Shown here one piece after another: positions 11,014 to 19,872 of a stretch of 49,743 nucleotides of DNA. The translations under genes and the position numbers were made by a program. Within the stretch, counting starts at the first letter, position 1. Each line of letters begins with the position of its first letter. Origin of the DNA: an uncultured bacterium (GTDB lineage: Bacteria; Actinomycetota; Acidimicrobiia; Spongiisociales; ZC4RG35); the NCBI GenBank assembly GCA_965364515.1, contig CBDTXZ010000002.1:1-49743 (forward strand), written 5' to 3'. Under the pieces are notes generated by a model. The model had not been told where the DNA came from. It was given only the letters and a program-made list of their open reading frames with translations, and did no database searches.

Positions 11014-11994
11014 CTACACGGACTCGGCGATTGTCGTTCGCACCGCTCCGACGATGCGATCGATCGACGGGAGGTACAGACCTTCGGAGCGTTTCAGCGG
11101 GAAGACCGTGTCCCACCCGGTGACACGTTGCACCGGGGCCGTCAGGGCGTACATCGCCCGCTCCGAGATGATCGCCGAGAGCTCCGACATGAACCCGGCG
11201 GTTCTCGGGGCTTCCGAAACCAGCACGGCACGACCGGTTTTGCGGACCGAGGTGAGCAACGTGTCGGTGTCGAGCGGAGTGAGCGTCCGAAGGTCGATGA
11301 GCTCGACCGAGATGCCGTCATCGGTGAGCTGCTTCACGGCTTCCCTGCACTCCTTCATCATGGCGCCGTAGGAGATCAGGCTCACGTCGCGGCCCTCGTT
11401 CTCGATGCTCGCCAATCCGATGTCGACCTTGCCAGGCACCTCGGGGAGTTCCTCCTTCACCGCTCGATACAGGCGGATCGGTTCGAGGAACACCACCGGA
11501 TCGGGGTCTGTGATCGCCGCACGGAGCAGACCGTACGCATCGGACGGGCGTGACGGAACCACGACTTTGAGCCCGGGAGTGTGGACGTAGATCGCCTCAG
11601 CCGATTCCGAGTGATGCTCGGCTGCGCCGATCCCGCCCCCGTACGGGATGCGGATGACCATCGGTGCCGAGAAACGGTGGCGGGACCGGTTGCGGATACG
11701 AGCGATGTGGTTGATGACCTGGTCGAACGCCGGATACGAGAAACCCATGAACTGCATCTCGATCACCGGGCGCATACCTGCGATCGCCATCCCGAGACCG
11801 ACACCGGCGATCCCGGACTCGGCGACCGGCGTGTCGATCACACGGTTCCGTCCGTACCGTTCCCTGAGGCCGTCGGTGACCCGAAACACGCCGCCCGTTC
11901 GGCCGACGTCTTCGCCCATCACCAACACCCGATCATCGGCCGCGAGCGCGTCGTCGAGGGCGCGGTTGAGTGCGTTTGCGATGGTGGTCGTCAT
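11014..11994 (-). CDS. 2-oxoacid dehydrogenase E1 component beta subunit
   Basis: Transketolase-like pyrimidine-binding and C-terminal domains (VIDTPVAESGIAGVGLGMA). It sits between the E1 alpha and E2 genes. Confidence 0.9.
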   Translation of the reverse strand: MTTTIANALNRALDDALAADDRVLVMGEDVGRTGGVFRVTDGLRERYGRNRVIDTPVAESGIAGVGLGMAIAGMRPVIEMQFMGFSYPAFDQVINHIARIRNRSRHRFSAPMVIRIPYGGGIGAAEHHSESAEAIYVHTPGLKVVVPSRPSDAYGLLRAAITDPDPVVFLEPIRLYRAVKEELPEVPGKVDIGLASIENEGRDVSLISYGAMMKECREAVKQLTDDGISVELIDLRTLTPLDTDTLLTSVRKTGRAVLVSEAPRTAGFMSELSAIISERAMYALTAPVQRVTGWDTVFPLKRSEGLYLPSIDRIVGAVRTTIAESV

Positions 11995-13016
11995 CGGGCG
12001 CCGTCCAGTTCCGAGAGCTGATCAACCAGATGCGGGGGCATCTCGGCGAACATGGCGCCGAACATGTCTTCGGGGGTTGGCGGATCCATGCTCTCCGCCA
12101 GTGCGATCGCCCGCTCGACCTCGCTGGTCGCCTGCGCTTCGATCCGCGCCTGGCGTGCCCCGTCCCATCGCCCTCGCTCCGACAGGTAGATGCGAAGGCG
12201 CTCGATCGGGTCTCGCCGGAGCCAATCCTGGCGCTCCTCCTCGGTGCGGTAACGGGCCGGGTCATCGGCGGTCGTGTGCGGCCCCATCCGGTAGGTGACC
12301 GCCTCGATCAACGTCGGACCGTCCCCCATCCTCGCCCGATGCACCGCTTCCCTCGTCGCCGCATACACGGCGAACACGTCGTTCCCGTCCACCCGGATAC
12401 CGGGCATCCCGTAGGCGATCGCCTTCTCTGCAATGGTCTCCGACGCCGTCTGCTCGGCAGTCGGGAGCGAGATGGCCCAGCCATTGTTCTGGCACACGAA
12501 CACCACTCCGACGTTCTGCACGGCGGCGAAGTTCATCGCCTCGTGGAAGTCGCCTTCAGAAGTGGCGCCGTCACCGAAGTACGTGAGCGCGATCCGAGTC
12601 GAGCCCTGGAGCCGCTCGGCCCAGGCGAGGCCCACGGCGTGCACCATGTGTCCACCGACGGTGATGGATGGCGGCAGGACGTTGACGTGCTCGGGGACTT
12701 GACCGCCCTGCTCATGGCCGGTGCGTCCGGCGAACAGCAACTCCATCGGATATCCCTGCATCCACATGGCTGCCGCGTCCCGGTAGGTACCGACCATCCA
12801 GTCGTCGATTTCGAGGGCGGCGGCGCTCCCGGCCTGGGCGGCCTCCTGGCCTTCGAAGGGGGCGTAGGTCGCCAGCCGGCCCTGTTTCTGAAGCGCCATC
12901 GACTTGCGGTCGTAGGTGCGGGCGAAGACCATCGCCCGGTACAGGCGTGACGCGAGGTCGTCGTCCATCGGGGCCCGCTCGGCGAGCGCCCCGCCCGGTG
13001 TCAAGATCTGCCTCAT
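11991..13016 (-). CDS. 2-oxoacid dehydrogenase E1 component alpha subunit (TPP-dependent)
   Basis: TPP-binding region GDGATSEGDFHEAMNFAAV...NNGWAIS. There is a 4-nt overlap with the E1 beta start. The start is trimmed to ATG 13016. Confidence 0.85.
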   Translation of the reverse strand: MRQILTPGGALAERAPMDDDLASRLYRAMVFARTYDRKSMALQKQGRLATYAPFEGQEAAQAGSAAALEIDDWMVGTYRDAAAMWMQGYPMELLFAGRTGHEQGGQVPEHVNVLPPSITVGGHMVHAVGLAWAERLQGSTRIALTYFGDGATSEGDFHEAMNFAAVQNVGVVFVCQNNGWAISLPTAEQTASETIAEKAIAYGMPGIRVDGNDVFAVYAATREAVHRARMGDGPTLIEAVTYRMGPHTTADDPARYRTEEERQDWLRRDPIERLRIYLSERGRWDGARQARIEAQATSEVERAIALAESMDPPTPEDMFGAMFAEMPPHLVDQLSELDGAR

Positions 13017-13191
13017 GCGTTGCCGATCGTAGCGTCCGCGACCATCCCCGAAGTCGGCCGCGCTCGACGCACGAGCGCCCCGGGCGGCACATGCGCCTCG
13101 CCCCGGAAGGAGGGCAGACACGGCCGATCGCCAACTCCATCGTGGCCTTCAGCCTCTGCCGCCTGATGACCCGAGTTGTCACGATTCCGCC

Positions 13192-14076
13192 ATGGCCTCC
13201 ACAACCATTCGACGAACCTCTTCCGAGCACGCGCCGGTTCGAACCGACCGTTTCCGCCTGCTCGGAACACTGGCGGCGTTGCTCGGAATCGGAGCCGCGG
13301 CGGTGTCCCTGCTCGGCCCACTCGTCGCCGGCATCATCGAGTACCACGTGTCTGACGGCGCCCTCGATCAAGTCGCAGGCGGAGACGCCGCAGCTCTGCT
13401 GCTCGTGGCTCCGACGAGTCTCGCCGCGGGGATCCTCGCCCTTCGCCGCCATCGCGCGGCCCCTGCGATGGCGCTCGGCCCATCGGTCTACTCGCTGTAC
13501 ATGTACAGCCAGTTGGCGCTCGGCAACGACATCGGGCGCCATCCGGGGAACAGCGAGCAGTTCTTTCCGTTGTTCCTCGCACTCGTGGTCCTGGCCGGCG
13601 CGATCACGGTCATCGCCCTTGTCGAATTGCGGGCAGCCGAGCTCCCTCCGATCCGAAGTTCGATCGCTCGCGGTCTCGGCGCGTTCCTTCTCGTGGTTGC
13701 GTTCTTCCTCACCTTCGGACTCCACCTCCCCGGACTGATCGACGCCCTGGGGGCCACAACGCCGAGTTCCGAGTACGCAGCCGACCCGGTGGTCTTCTGG
13801 CTCGTGAAGATGATGGACCTCGGCTTCGTGGTCCCGGCGCTCGTATGGGCGGGCGTGTCGTTGTTGAAACAACGACCAACCGCTCACCTCCTCGCGTTCG
13901 CCGGTGTCGGATGGACCGCCCTGCTCGGCTCATCGGTCGCAGGCATGGCCGTCGTCATGCAGTTGAAGGGCGACCCGGCGGCGTCGACGGTGAACACCAT
14001 GGCGTTCGGATCGTTCGCTGCGATCGCTGTCGGATTTGCGATCACCACCTATCGCACGCTTTTCGACAACCGATGA
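13192..14076 (+). CDS. hypothetical polytopic membrane protein
   Basis: 294-aa ORF with several hydrophobic helices. No family recognised. Confidence 0.5.
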   Translation: MASTTIRRTSSEHAPVRTDRFRLLGTLAALLGIGAAAVSLLGPLVAGIIEYHVSDGALDQVAGGDAAALLLVAPTSLAAGILALRRHRAAPAMALGPSVYSLYMYSQLALGNDIGRHPGNSEQFFPLFLALVVLAGAITVIALVELRAAELPPIRSSIARGLGAFLLVVAFFLTFGLHLPGLIDALGATTPSSEYAADPVVFWLVKMMDLGFVVPALVWAGVSLLKQRPTAHLLAFAGVGWTALLGSSVAGMAVVMQLKGDPAASTVNTMAFGSFAAIAVGFAITTYRTLFDNR

Positions 14077-14104
14077 CACCCGGGCTGCCGGCTCACCCGT
14101 GCTG

Positions 14105-15400
14105 ATGAACACGATCTCTCGGGCCAGACGCATCGCAAGTCGGCCGATCGACGATCTCCACGTGACGATCTTCTCGTACACCTTCTGCATCGCCGTGCTC
14201 ACCGCCGGCTACTACTACAACCTCACGTTCGTCCAACTGGGGCTCATCGATCTGGGCACGCGCGTGGTCGGAATGAGCGAGGGCGCAGTTTCCGCTGCCA
14301 TGGCCGGGATGGCTATCGGAGCACTGGTGTCTGCAGTGTTGTCCGCCAGGACGATCCAGGCTCGGGGCTGGAGCACCGACCTCCGGCGCAAGCTCAAGAT
14401 CATGTCTGCGGTCATCGGCTGTCAGACGGGGCTGACGATGGTCGCTCCGTCCGTGGACACGCCAGTCCGGTTCGTCCTGTGGGTGGCGGTCAGCTCCGCC
14501 GCGATCGGTGTCGGCATTCCTGCGACGTTCAGCCTGGTCGGGGATCTCATCGCTGTGCGACACCGTGGAGCGGCTGCGGCGGTCATGGCCGGAGGCGCGT
14601 TCTTCGTGGCGGCGCTCTACCCATTCGACTGGCGTCTGGAGGAGTTCGCGAAGGTCATGTCGTTGGCCATGGTTCCTGCCTGGTTGATCATCTCGACCCT
14701 CGCGTTCCGCCCGATGTCGATCGTCGACTCGATGAGCAAGAGACACGAACGGATCGGTCCCGGGCGCTTCTGTCGGGGCGACTCGCGTCAGAGAACCGGC
14801 CTTGGTTTCGGAGGCATCGTCGCTGCGATGTTCCTCGTGTTCTTCATCGACAGCCTCGGCTTTCTGCGCATCATCGATGCGCCCGTCTACATCACCACTT
14901 CGTGGCAATCGCCCGAGATCGGAACGAGAGTGTTCATCGCCGTCGCCCACCTCGTCGGCGCAGCCATGGCCGGAGTTCTGTACACGGCATTCGGTCGACG
15001 ATGGCTCCTGACCTGGATCTTCGGGCTCTTCGCCTTCACCCATCTGCTGTACACGTTTCACATCCGGACCGCGGTGGTCGGGGTCGATCCCCCTCTCGCT
15101 CTTCCACTCTTCTACGTGCTCGCAGTGAGCTTCTACACGACGCTGAACTTCGCCATCTGGCCGGACCTGTCCGACTCGTCCAATCTCGCGATGAGGACGG
15201 CCGTCGGGGTCGGAGTCGCCGGGTGGCTCGCCTCGTTCCTGAGCACCTCGCTCGCACTGTTCTCCGAGTGGGCCGACGTGTCCCTGCTCGACCATCTCAC
15301 CTACGTCAACGCACTCGCGTTGCTTCTGGCAGTCGGATATCCCGTCGCGCTGTATGTGCGACGAGCCCGCACCGTGACCCATCTGAAGGTCGCACCATGA
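14105..15400 (+). CDS. MFS-like polytopic membrane transporter (tentative)
   Basis: About 430 aa with roughly 12 hydrophobic segments. The start is trimmed to ATG 14105. Confidence 0.45.
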   Translation: MNTISRARRIASRPIDDLHVTIFSYTFCIAVLTAGYYYNLTFVQLGLIDLGTRVVGMSEGAVSAAMAGMAIGALVSAVLSARTIQARGWSTDLRRKLKIMSAVIGCQTGLTMVAPSVDTPVRFVLWVAVSSAAIGVGIPATFSLVGDLIAVRHRGAAAAVMAGGAFFVAALYPFDWRLEEFAKVMSLAMVPAWLIISTLAFRPMSIVDSMSKRHERIGPGRFCRGDSRQRTGLGFGGIVAAMFLVFFIDSLGFLRIIDAPVYITTSWQSPEIGTRVFIAVAHLVGAAMAGVLYTAFGRRWLLTWIFGLFAFTHLLYTFHIRTAVVGVDPPLALPLFYVLAVSFYTTLNFAIWPDLSDSSNLAMRTAVGVGVAGWLASFLSTSLALFSEWADVSLLDHLTYVNALALLLAVGYPVALYVRRARTVTHLKVAP

Positions 15401-16299
15401 ACCCGGCTTCGATCGCCCTGCTGATCGTTGCGTTGCTGATGGCGTCAGCGAGCGGGGAGGTCGGACGCATCGATGTCATCCTCGACGGAGCGCACGGCAT
15501 TCCGGTCTCCAGTGGTGCGGTGATCGTGGTCGACGGCGTCTTCGAGGTCGATCCCGACATGAGGCTGGAAGGCCCCGTGTATGTCGTTGGTGGCCGCTTC
15601 ATGCTGGAAGGTGCGGTCACCGGCGACGTGGTTCAGCTCGCCGGGACCGTCGACATCGTCCCCACCGGTGCGGTCGACGGCGAACTCCGCCACATCGCAG
15701 GTGCGCTCGACGTCGATCCGGGTGCCACGATCGCCAGCCGAGTCGAGCTCGACGTTGCGGGTCAGCCGAGCGGGTTCGGCGGCTTCTCCTCGACGATCAT
15801 CACAGCGACGACGCTCGCAGGGATCGGGTTCGTCGTGGTCCGTAGACGCCCCCAGTCCGTGTCGAACGTCGCAGCTGCTGCATTCGAGCACCCCGTGGTG
15901 ACGTTCACTGTCGGCTGTCTGGTGACGCTGACGTTCGTCGCCCTCTTCGTCTTCATGGCCTTCACGCTCGTCCTGTTGCCGATCGCGCTCATCGGGATCG
16001 TGGTTGGGCTGATCACGGCGATCCTCGGGCTGATCGCGCTCGGGCGAGGACTTGGCAGGAAGCTGCCCATCGAACGCGAACCGATCGCAGCAGGCATCGG
16101 CGTGGCGGCCGTGGTGATCGCGATGCAGCTCGCAGCTTCGATACCCCTCATCGGCGACTGGGTCGTGTTGTCGACCGTCATGGTCGGGATCGGTGCGGTG
16201 ATCGTCACCTACTTCGGTGCGGCTCGCCTCGACATCGACGCCCTTCCCGGTCTGGATGGCGTGGCAGCGGAGAACCGAGGACTCGAGACCGGCGACTGA
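15397..16299 (+). CDS. membrane protein with an N-terminal bactofilin-like (polymer-forming, beta-helical) repeat region and a C-terminal TM bundle
   Basis: The ATG at 15397 overlaps the upstream stop (ATGA). A signal-like N-terminus is followed by G-x-V/I-rich repeats (GAVIVVDGVFEV, GRFMLEGAVTGDVVQLAGTVDIVPTGAVDGEL) and then about 4 TM helices. The upstream part of track ORF 14479..16299 is an out-of-frame overlap. Confidence 0.5.
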   Translation: MNPASIALLIVALLMASASGEVGRIDVILDGAHGIPVSSGAVIVVDGVFEVDPDMRLEGPVYVVGGRFMLEGAVTGDVVQLAGTVDIVPTGAVDGELRHIAGALDVDPGATIASRVELDVAGQPSGFGGFSSTIITATTLAGIGFVVVRRRPQSVSNVAAAAFEHPVVTFTVGCLVTLTFVALFVFMAFTLVLLPIALIGIVVGLITAILGLIALGRGLGRKLPIEREPIAAGIGVAAVVIAMQLAASIPLIGDWVVLSTVMVGIGAVIVTYFGAARLDIDALPGLDGVAAENRGLETGD

Positions 16300-16311
16300 C
16301 AGCCGTGAGCC

Positions 16312-18597
16312 TCAGCTCGTCGTGGCGAGCATCTCCTCGAGCTCGTCCTCGGTCATGAGGACCTCTCGTGCCTTCGATCCCTGGCTCGGGCCGACCACTC
16401 CGCGCTGTTCGAGGATGTCCATGATCCGGCCAGCCCGTGCGAACCCGACCCTGAGCTTGCGTTGCAGCATGGACGTCGAACCCAGCTGGCTGCGCACCAC
16501 CAGCTCGGTCGCCTGACGTGCCAGAGCCTCGTCCTCGTCGTCGACCTCGCCGACGTCGGCGGCCGCGGCCTCGGCGGCGACTTCGAGGACTTCCTTGTCC
16601 TTGTACTGCGCTTCGCGTTGGGCCTTCACCCAATCCACCACGGCATGGATCTCGGATTCTCTGACCCAGGCGCCCTGGATGCGGTTGGGCCGTGGCTCTT
16701 TCGCCGTGACGATCAGCATGTCGCCCATGCCGACGAGTTTCTCGGCGCCGGCGGAGTCCAGGATGACCCTCGAGTCGGTGGTCGACGCAACGCTGAAAGC
16801 CATGCGCGACGGGACGTTGGCCTTGATCACACCGGTGATCACGTTGACCGAGGGCCGCTGGGTGGCGAGCACCAGGTGGATGCCGACGGCGCGTGCCATC
16901 TGGGCGATCCGGACGATCGACTCCTCGACCTCCTTGCCGGCCACCATCATCAGATCGTTGAGCTCGTCGACCAACACCACGATGTAGGGGAATCGATCGA
17001 ACTGCTCGGGGTCGAGCTCACCCCGATCGAGCTTCTCCCGATACCCGGTGATGTCCCGGGTGCCGGCGTCGGCGACCAAGTCGTAGCGGCGGTCCATCTC
17101 GGCGACCGCCCACTTGAGCGCGTCGTTGGCCTTCTTCGGGTTGGTGATCACCCGCGTCAACAGATGGGGAACGCCGTTGTACTGGCCGAGCTCGACGCGC
17201 TTGGGGTCGACCATGATCAGCCGGACGTCGTCGGGGGTGGCCCGCATGAGGATCGAGGTGACCAGTGAGTTGATCGCCGACGACTTGCCTGCACCGGTTG
17301 CGCCGGCGATGAGCACGTGCGGCAGTTCCGAGAGATTGAGCAACTTGGCCGAGCCGGAGATGTCCATGCCGAGCCCGATCGACAGCGGGTGGGTCTCGGC
17401 TTCGGCCTCCGGGCTGCGCAGGATGTCACCCAGACTGACGAGACGGCGTTTCTTGTTGGGCACCTCCACCCCGATGGCGCTCTTGCCGGGAATCGGCACG
17501 AGAAGACGCACATCCGGGGTGGCCAGCGCATACGCGATGTCGTGACTCAGGTTGGAGACCTTGTTGACCTTCACACCGGGGGCGAGCTCCACCTCGTACC
17601 GGGTGACGGTCGGGCCCGGGACGATCTTGGTGAGCATCGCATCCACGCCGTGCTGATGGAGTGTCTCTTCGAGCGCCTGGGCGGTCTCCTCGAGCAGACG
17701 TCGGTTGTGCTCCTCGCTTCCGCCGAGTTCGAGCAACTCGAGGGGAGGCAGCCGATACCCGGCGCGGTCGGTCTCGGGAACCGGCTTGGGCTTGGGCTTC
17801 GACTTCGCCGCAGGCTTCGATTTCGACTCCTGGACGGGCTCGGGCTTTACCTCGGGCTTGCGAGCCGGCTTCGGGGCGACGTGACGAGGGCGACGGTGTT
17901 CGATGGGACGTGCGGTCTGTCGATGGGCAGACGCAGTGCGGAGAGAGACTGCGAACGACCTGAGCGACTTCCAGAGTTCCCCGATCGCAACGAGCACCTC
18001 CCGGACCGAAGTGCGGGTGACGACCAGCACGCCGGCAGAGATGAAAGCGGCGAGGATCACGAAGGCACCCGCCGTTCCGAGCGCACGACGCAGCGGGAAG
18101 GCGAGCAGCGATCCCACTGCTCCCCCGCGTTCGCGGACGAGATCGATGTTCTCGGCGAAGGAGACGGCTCCGGTGAGCAGATGGAACACGGCGAGCGAAC
18201 CGACGAAGACGGCGACGGCACCCATCACGAGGCGTCCGGCACCCTCGGACCGTCGGCCGAGGGCGAGCACCATGCCGATCACTGCAAGCACCGCCGGAAG
18301 CGCGTACGACCAGACACCGAAGAGAAAGGTGAGTCCCGAATCGAGGAATCGACCGACGGGGCCGGCCTGTCCGAAGAAGGACAGCGTGATGATGATCGCC
18401 ATGACGACGAGCACCATGCCCCACACGTCGTCGGCCTGCCGGCCGAGCCGCTCCCGAAGGAAGATCCTCATCGGTTCCAGCGTGAACCGTGGCGACCGTT
18501 TCGCCTTCTGGGCCGGCTTCTTGTTCGTCTTGGTCTTGGAGTTCGACACCCGTTTCCGCCCATGACTCCCCTTCCGGGTGGGTGTCTTGCTAGCCAT
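16312..18597 (-). CDS. ftsK: DNA translocase FtsK/SpoIIIE
   Basis: N-terminal TM helices, a Pro/Lys-rich linker, a motor domain with Walker A GATGAGKS, and a C-terminal gamma winged-helix (MLQRKLRVGFARAGRIMD). Confidence 0.95.
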   Translation of the reverse strand: MASKTPTRKGSHGRKRVSNSKTKTNKKPAQKAKRSPRFTLEPMRIFLRERLGRQADDVWGMVLVVMAIIITLSFFGQAGPVGRFLDSGLTFLFGVWSYALPAVLAVIGMVLALGRRSEGAGRLVMGAVAVFVGSLAVFHLLTGAVSFAENIDLVRERGGAVGSLLAFPLRRALGTAGAFVILAAFISAGVLVVTRTSVREVLVAIGELWKSLRSFAVSLRTASAHRQTARPIEHRRPRHVAPKPARKPEVKPEPVQESKSKPAAKSKPKPKPVPETDRAGYRLPPLELLELGGSEEHNRRLLEETAQALEETLHQHGVDAMLTKIVPGPTVTRYEVELAPGVKVNKVSNLSHDIAYALATPDVRLLVPIPGKSAIGVEVPNKKRRLVSLGDILRSPEAEAETHPLSIGLGMDISGSAKLLNLSELPHVLIAGATGAGKSSAINSLVTSILMRATPDDVRLIMVDPKRVELGQYNGVPHLLTRVITNPKKANDALKWAVAEMDRRYDLVADAGTRDITGYREKLDRGELDPEQFDRFPYIVVLVDELNDLMMVAGKEVEESIVRIAQMARAVGIHLVLATQRPSVNVITGVIKANVPSRMAFSVASTTDSRVILDSAGAEKLVGMGDMLIVTAKEPRPNRIQGAWVRESEIHAVVDWVKAQREAQYKDKEVLEVAAEAAAADVGEVDDEDEALARQATELVVRSQLGSTSMLQRKLRVGFARAGRIMDILEQRGVVGPSQGSKAREVLMTEDELEEMLATTS

Positions 18598-18641
18598 GTG
18601 CCCGGAACCTTACAGCGGTGTGGTTCGCCGACCAACAACCC

Positions 18642-18670
18642 TTCGCGCGAATCTCGCGCGGAGCGCGCGA
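18642..18670. promoter_or_regulatory. cluster of CGCGCG-core palindromes in the ftsK upstream region
   Basis: A perfect 10-bp palindrome TTCGCGCGAA (18642-18651) is followed by a perfect 7-bp inverted repeat TCGCGCG-gag-CGCGCGA (18654-18670). They lie 45-73 nt upstream of the ftsK ATG. Confidence 0.3.
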
Positions 18671-18802
18671 TACGTTGCGCGGGCATGCCTGCTTTCGCAC
18701 CCTGTGTGCGGCGGACGTGTCGTAACTCATGTGCGCTCCGATCAGCGGCAGTCGAGATGAGACGGTGCAATCAGGTGATTGGTTCCCGAGACGAGTTCCA
18801 GA

Positions 18803-19426
18803 TCAGCCCAGGGGCAGCTGCTCGCCTGCTTCGATCGGAATGTCCAGGCGGTTGCTCGCAGGTGCGAGAGGACACGACCATGTCGGATTCCAGGCACACG
18901 AAGGGTGGTAGGCGTAGTTGAAGTCGAGAATCAGCTCGCCGTCCGGAGTGGAACCGAGATCCGCGCCCTTCACGGAGTCCAGCAGATATCGGCCACCGCC
19001 GTGTGTGGTCGAACCCGCCGTGGAGTCCCGAAAGGGCAGGAACAATCCCCCGCCGTAGCCGTCGAACCAGAAGAGGCTCAGCGTCTGAGACGCGCCGGCG
19101 CGTGTGAAAGACACGGTGCCGATCTCCTTGAACCGGGTGGACCCGTCGCTCGAGTGCGGGACCTCGACGACTGCGTCCTGCGAATTGGGTTGGAACGAGC
19201 CGGTCACCCGCCAATCCGGGTCGTATGCGAAGAATGGTGTGGACCAGCCGTCGTGCCGATCCGATTCCGAAAGCGGGCTCTGCGGATGTGAACCGATCAA
19301 CGCGTCGCGTCGTCTCCGCCACGCGCCCCATCCGTCGGGGCCGCCACCCTGCATCCTGGCCGTCGCGTAGTTCTCGGCGACCTCCCGGCGATACTCGGCC
19401 AGATCGAGGGACCAATGGCTCGTCAT
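18803..19426 (-). CDS. DUF1684 domain protein
   Basis: Matches the DUF1684 pattern as I recall it (YGGGLFLPFRD, GGGRYL, DFNYAYHPSCAWN, CPLAP..N.L...IEAGE). The start is trimmed to ATG 19426, which overlaps the upstream lipoprotein stop (ATGA). Confidence 0.7.
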   Translation of the reverse strand: MTSHWSLDLAEYRREVAENYATARMQGGGPDGWGAWRRRRDALIGSHPQSPLSESDRHDGWSTPFFAYDPDWRVTGSFQPNSQDAVVEVPHSSDGSTRFKEIGTVSFTRAGASQTLSLFWFDGYGGGLFLPFRDSTAGSTTHGGGRYLLDSVKGADLGSTPDGELILDFNYAYHPSCAWNPTWSCPLAPASNRLDIPIEAGEQLPLG

Positions 19427-19872
19427 GGACCGGAGCACTCGAGCTCATCGACCCGCGGCCATGCTTCGACGCGCGGGCCGTCGACGAGGTAGACGTACTG
19501 GTCGGAATCTTCGCCAATCCAGATCGTGTAGGGACCGGATTCATATCCAGTGAATCGGGCATCACTGTCCAGCGACGACCGGCCGTCATACGGCGCTTCC
19601 AGAAGCACGGGGTCCAAGACCGCGTCCGGATCACGGACATACGTCCGCGACTCTCCAGGGTCGAGATTGCCCAGCGGGTAGTCGATGACGATGACCGCCA
19701 CCAGGTCCGACCCGCACTCCGGCACGCCGCGGATCGCGACCGGCCCGTTCCCGCCGATCGGCTCACCGGACTCGTCGACGACGATCGCTCCGGCCGGATC
19801 GAAGGCGACCGGAGCTCCCCCACACGCACCGAGGAGCAACACCGACGCAACCAGCAACGCCGGCCACCTCAC
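19423..19872 (-). CDS. putative lipoprotein
   Basis: GTG at 19872 overlaps the rnj stop (GTGA). The N-terminus VRWPALLVASVLLLGACGG carries a lipobox. The rest of track ORF 19423..20301 is a shadow of rnj. Confidence 0.55.
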   Translation of the reverse strand: MRWPALLVASVLLLGACGGAPVAFDPAGAIVVDESGEPIGGNGPVAIRGVPECGSDLVAVIVIDYPLGNLDPGESRTYVRDPDAVLDPVLLEAPYDGRSSLDSDARFTGYESGPYTIWIGEDSDQYVYLVDGPRVEAWPRVDELECSGP

